Translations under genes and position numbers: made by a program
Shown: piece by piece, positions 15,221 through 15,940 of the stretch
Layout of the letters: every line of letters begins with the position of its first letter
Numbering within the stretch: position 1 is the first letter of the stretch
Notes under the pieces: model-generated
Told to the model about the DNA's origin: nothing
The model's database searches: none
Seen by the model: only the letters and a program-made list of their open reading frames with translations
Assembly (NCBI GenBank): GCA_041500405.1
Contig: JBGQMB010000021.1
Coordinates: 1 to 15,940, forward strand
DNA length: 15,940 nt
DNA from: Candidatus Micrarchaeia archaeon
GTDB taxonomy: Archaea; Micrarchaeota; Micrarchaeia; Anstonellales; J096
Reading direction: 5' to 3'

Positions 15221-15765
15221 ATTGTCTCCGCCCTTTTCGCCTTCGCCGCTTTGAGAAACTTTACGGTTTCCATATTCGGATTCCACGATTTGGCACTGTC
15301 CAAAGGCGTCCTGCCATTCTCGTCTTTTGCGTATATGTTTGCGCCGTTTGCAAGAAGAAGCGCGCAGATTTTGGTTTCTCCATAGCACGCTGCGGTATGC
15401 AAAGGCGTAGAGCCGCCGCTGCCTTTCATATTCGGGTTTGCGCCATTTGCAAGAAGAAGCGCGCATATGTTGATGTTTCTGGTGTCTATGGCATAGTGCA
15501 GAGGCCGATAGCTGGGCCTGCCTTCGTCGCTTTTTGCATTGGGGTTCGCGCCTGCCAGCAGCAGCATCTTGAAATAGTTCAGGCCGTATTTTCCTTTTTT
15601 GTTGATGGAGTTTCTTTTCAGCGCGTCCAATAGCGCATTGTCAAGATGGGCCTGCACATCGGGCTGCCATTTGAGCTTTTCGCTGGGCAGTATATCCGCC
15701 GTTATTTTTGGCGGTTTGCCTTTGCTTTTGACCTCAAGAACGAACAGCCCCGTGCTTTTGCCCAT
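15217..15765 (-). CDS. Ankyrin-repeat protein (about 3-4 repeats)
   Basis: KMLLLAGANPNAK, RPLHYAI...ICALLLANGANPN, STPLHTAA..G..KICALLLANGANIYAKDENGRTPLDSA: ankyrin consensus with 33-aa periodicity. Confidence 0.93.
   Translation of the reverse strand: MGKSTGLFVLEVKSKGKPPKITADILPSEKLKWQPDVQAHLDNALLDALKRNSINKKGKYGLNYFKMLLLAGANPNAKSDEGRPSYRPLHYAIDTRNINICALLLANGANPNMKGSGGSTPLHTAACYGETKICALLLANGANIYAKDENGRTPLDSAKSWNPNMETVKFLKAAKAKRAETI
15337..15468. repeat. Internal duplication of ankyrin repeat coding sequence
   Basis: 15337-15369 and 15436-15468 match at 31/33 nt, 99 nt apart; both encode ICALLLANGAN. Confidence 0.85.
15677..15724. repeat. 48-bp direct repeat, copy 2
   Basis: ttttcgctgggcagtatatccgccgttatttttggcggtttgcctttg; single mismatch (g15701 vs t15171) to copy 1, 530 nt apart. 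Confidence 0.95.
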
Positions 15766-15788
15766 GGTTTTCCAATTGTGGTAAATAA

Positions 15789-15796
15789 TTTAAAAA
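15789..15796 (-). promoter_or_regulatory. TATA box for the ankyrin gene (probably leaderless mRNA)
   Basis: TTTTTAAA about 24 nt before ATG 15765, with no SD in between. Confidence 0.55.
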
Positions 15797-15815
15797 CATG
15801 TCGGTTTGCCGGAAA

Positions 15816-15940
15816 TCAGGTTGTGCATTCCTCAAAGGGTTTCATGAACTTGTTTCCGGTTATGCCGGCAAGCCATTCCATTGACTTGAGGAATGCGGCC
15901 GTTTCCTTGTTTATGTTTATTTCGGCGATTGAGGACGCGG
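15816..15940 (-). CDS. 3' end of an upstream gene (partial, unknown product)
   Basis: Open frame from the window edge, ...ASSIAEININKETAAFLKSMEWLAGITGNKFMKPFEECTT*, with TGA at 15816-15818 followed by the intergenic TATA region. Confidence 0.55.
   Translation of the reverse strand, partial: ASSIAEININKETAAFLKSMEWLAGITGNKFMKPFEECTT

Noticed and set aside
15221..15466. 82-codon N-terminal extension of the 238-aa ORF 14750-15466
   Set aside because: It is an alternative frame of the ankyrin gene (the repeated RASSCK mirrors the ankyrin duplication). ATG 15220, with its ATGA overlap and shared N-terminal motif, is the better start.
15147..15724. 48-bp repeat pair as CRISPR, IS ends or DGR TR/VR
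   Set aside because: Only two copies, 530 nt apart, both in coding frame. One mismatch is too few for a DGR signature, and there is no cas, transposase or reverse transcriptase gene in the window.

Overview
Archaeal chromosome segment, probably DPANN (Micrarchaeota-like, a tentative call from the divergent r-proteins). About 14.5 kb is the canonical archaeal S10/spc-type ribosomal protein cluster on the minus strand: uL3-uL4-uL23-uL2-uS19-uL22-uS3-uL29-SUI1-Rpp29-uS17-uL14-uL24-eS4-uL5-uS14-uS8-uL6-eL32-eL19-uL18-uS5-uL30-uL15-SecY-AdkA-DUF106. Most genes have GAGGTG/GGTG-type Shine-Dalgarno sites. Three things stand out. (1) A complete box C/D guide sRNA with its own TATA box (69-130, + strand) converges on the end of the operon and has unusual guides. 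(2) SUI1/aIF1 starts with TTG, and the only canonical start codon for Rpp29 lies inside the SUI1 gene (115-nt overlap). (3) Upstream of uL3 is an accessory two-gene unit (ankyrin-repeat protein plus an orphan protein) whose otherwise unrelated genes share a 47/48-nt identical, hairpin-containing 5' module encoding the same N-terminal peptide (KGKPPKIxADILPSE).
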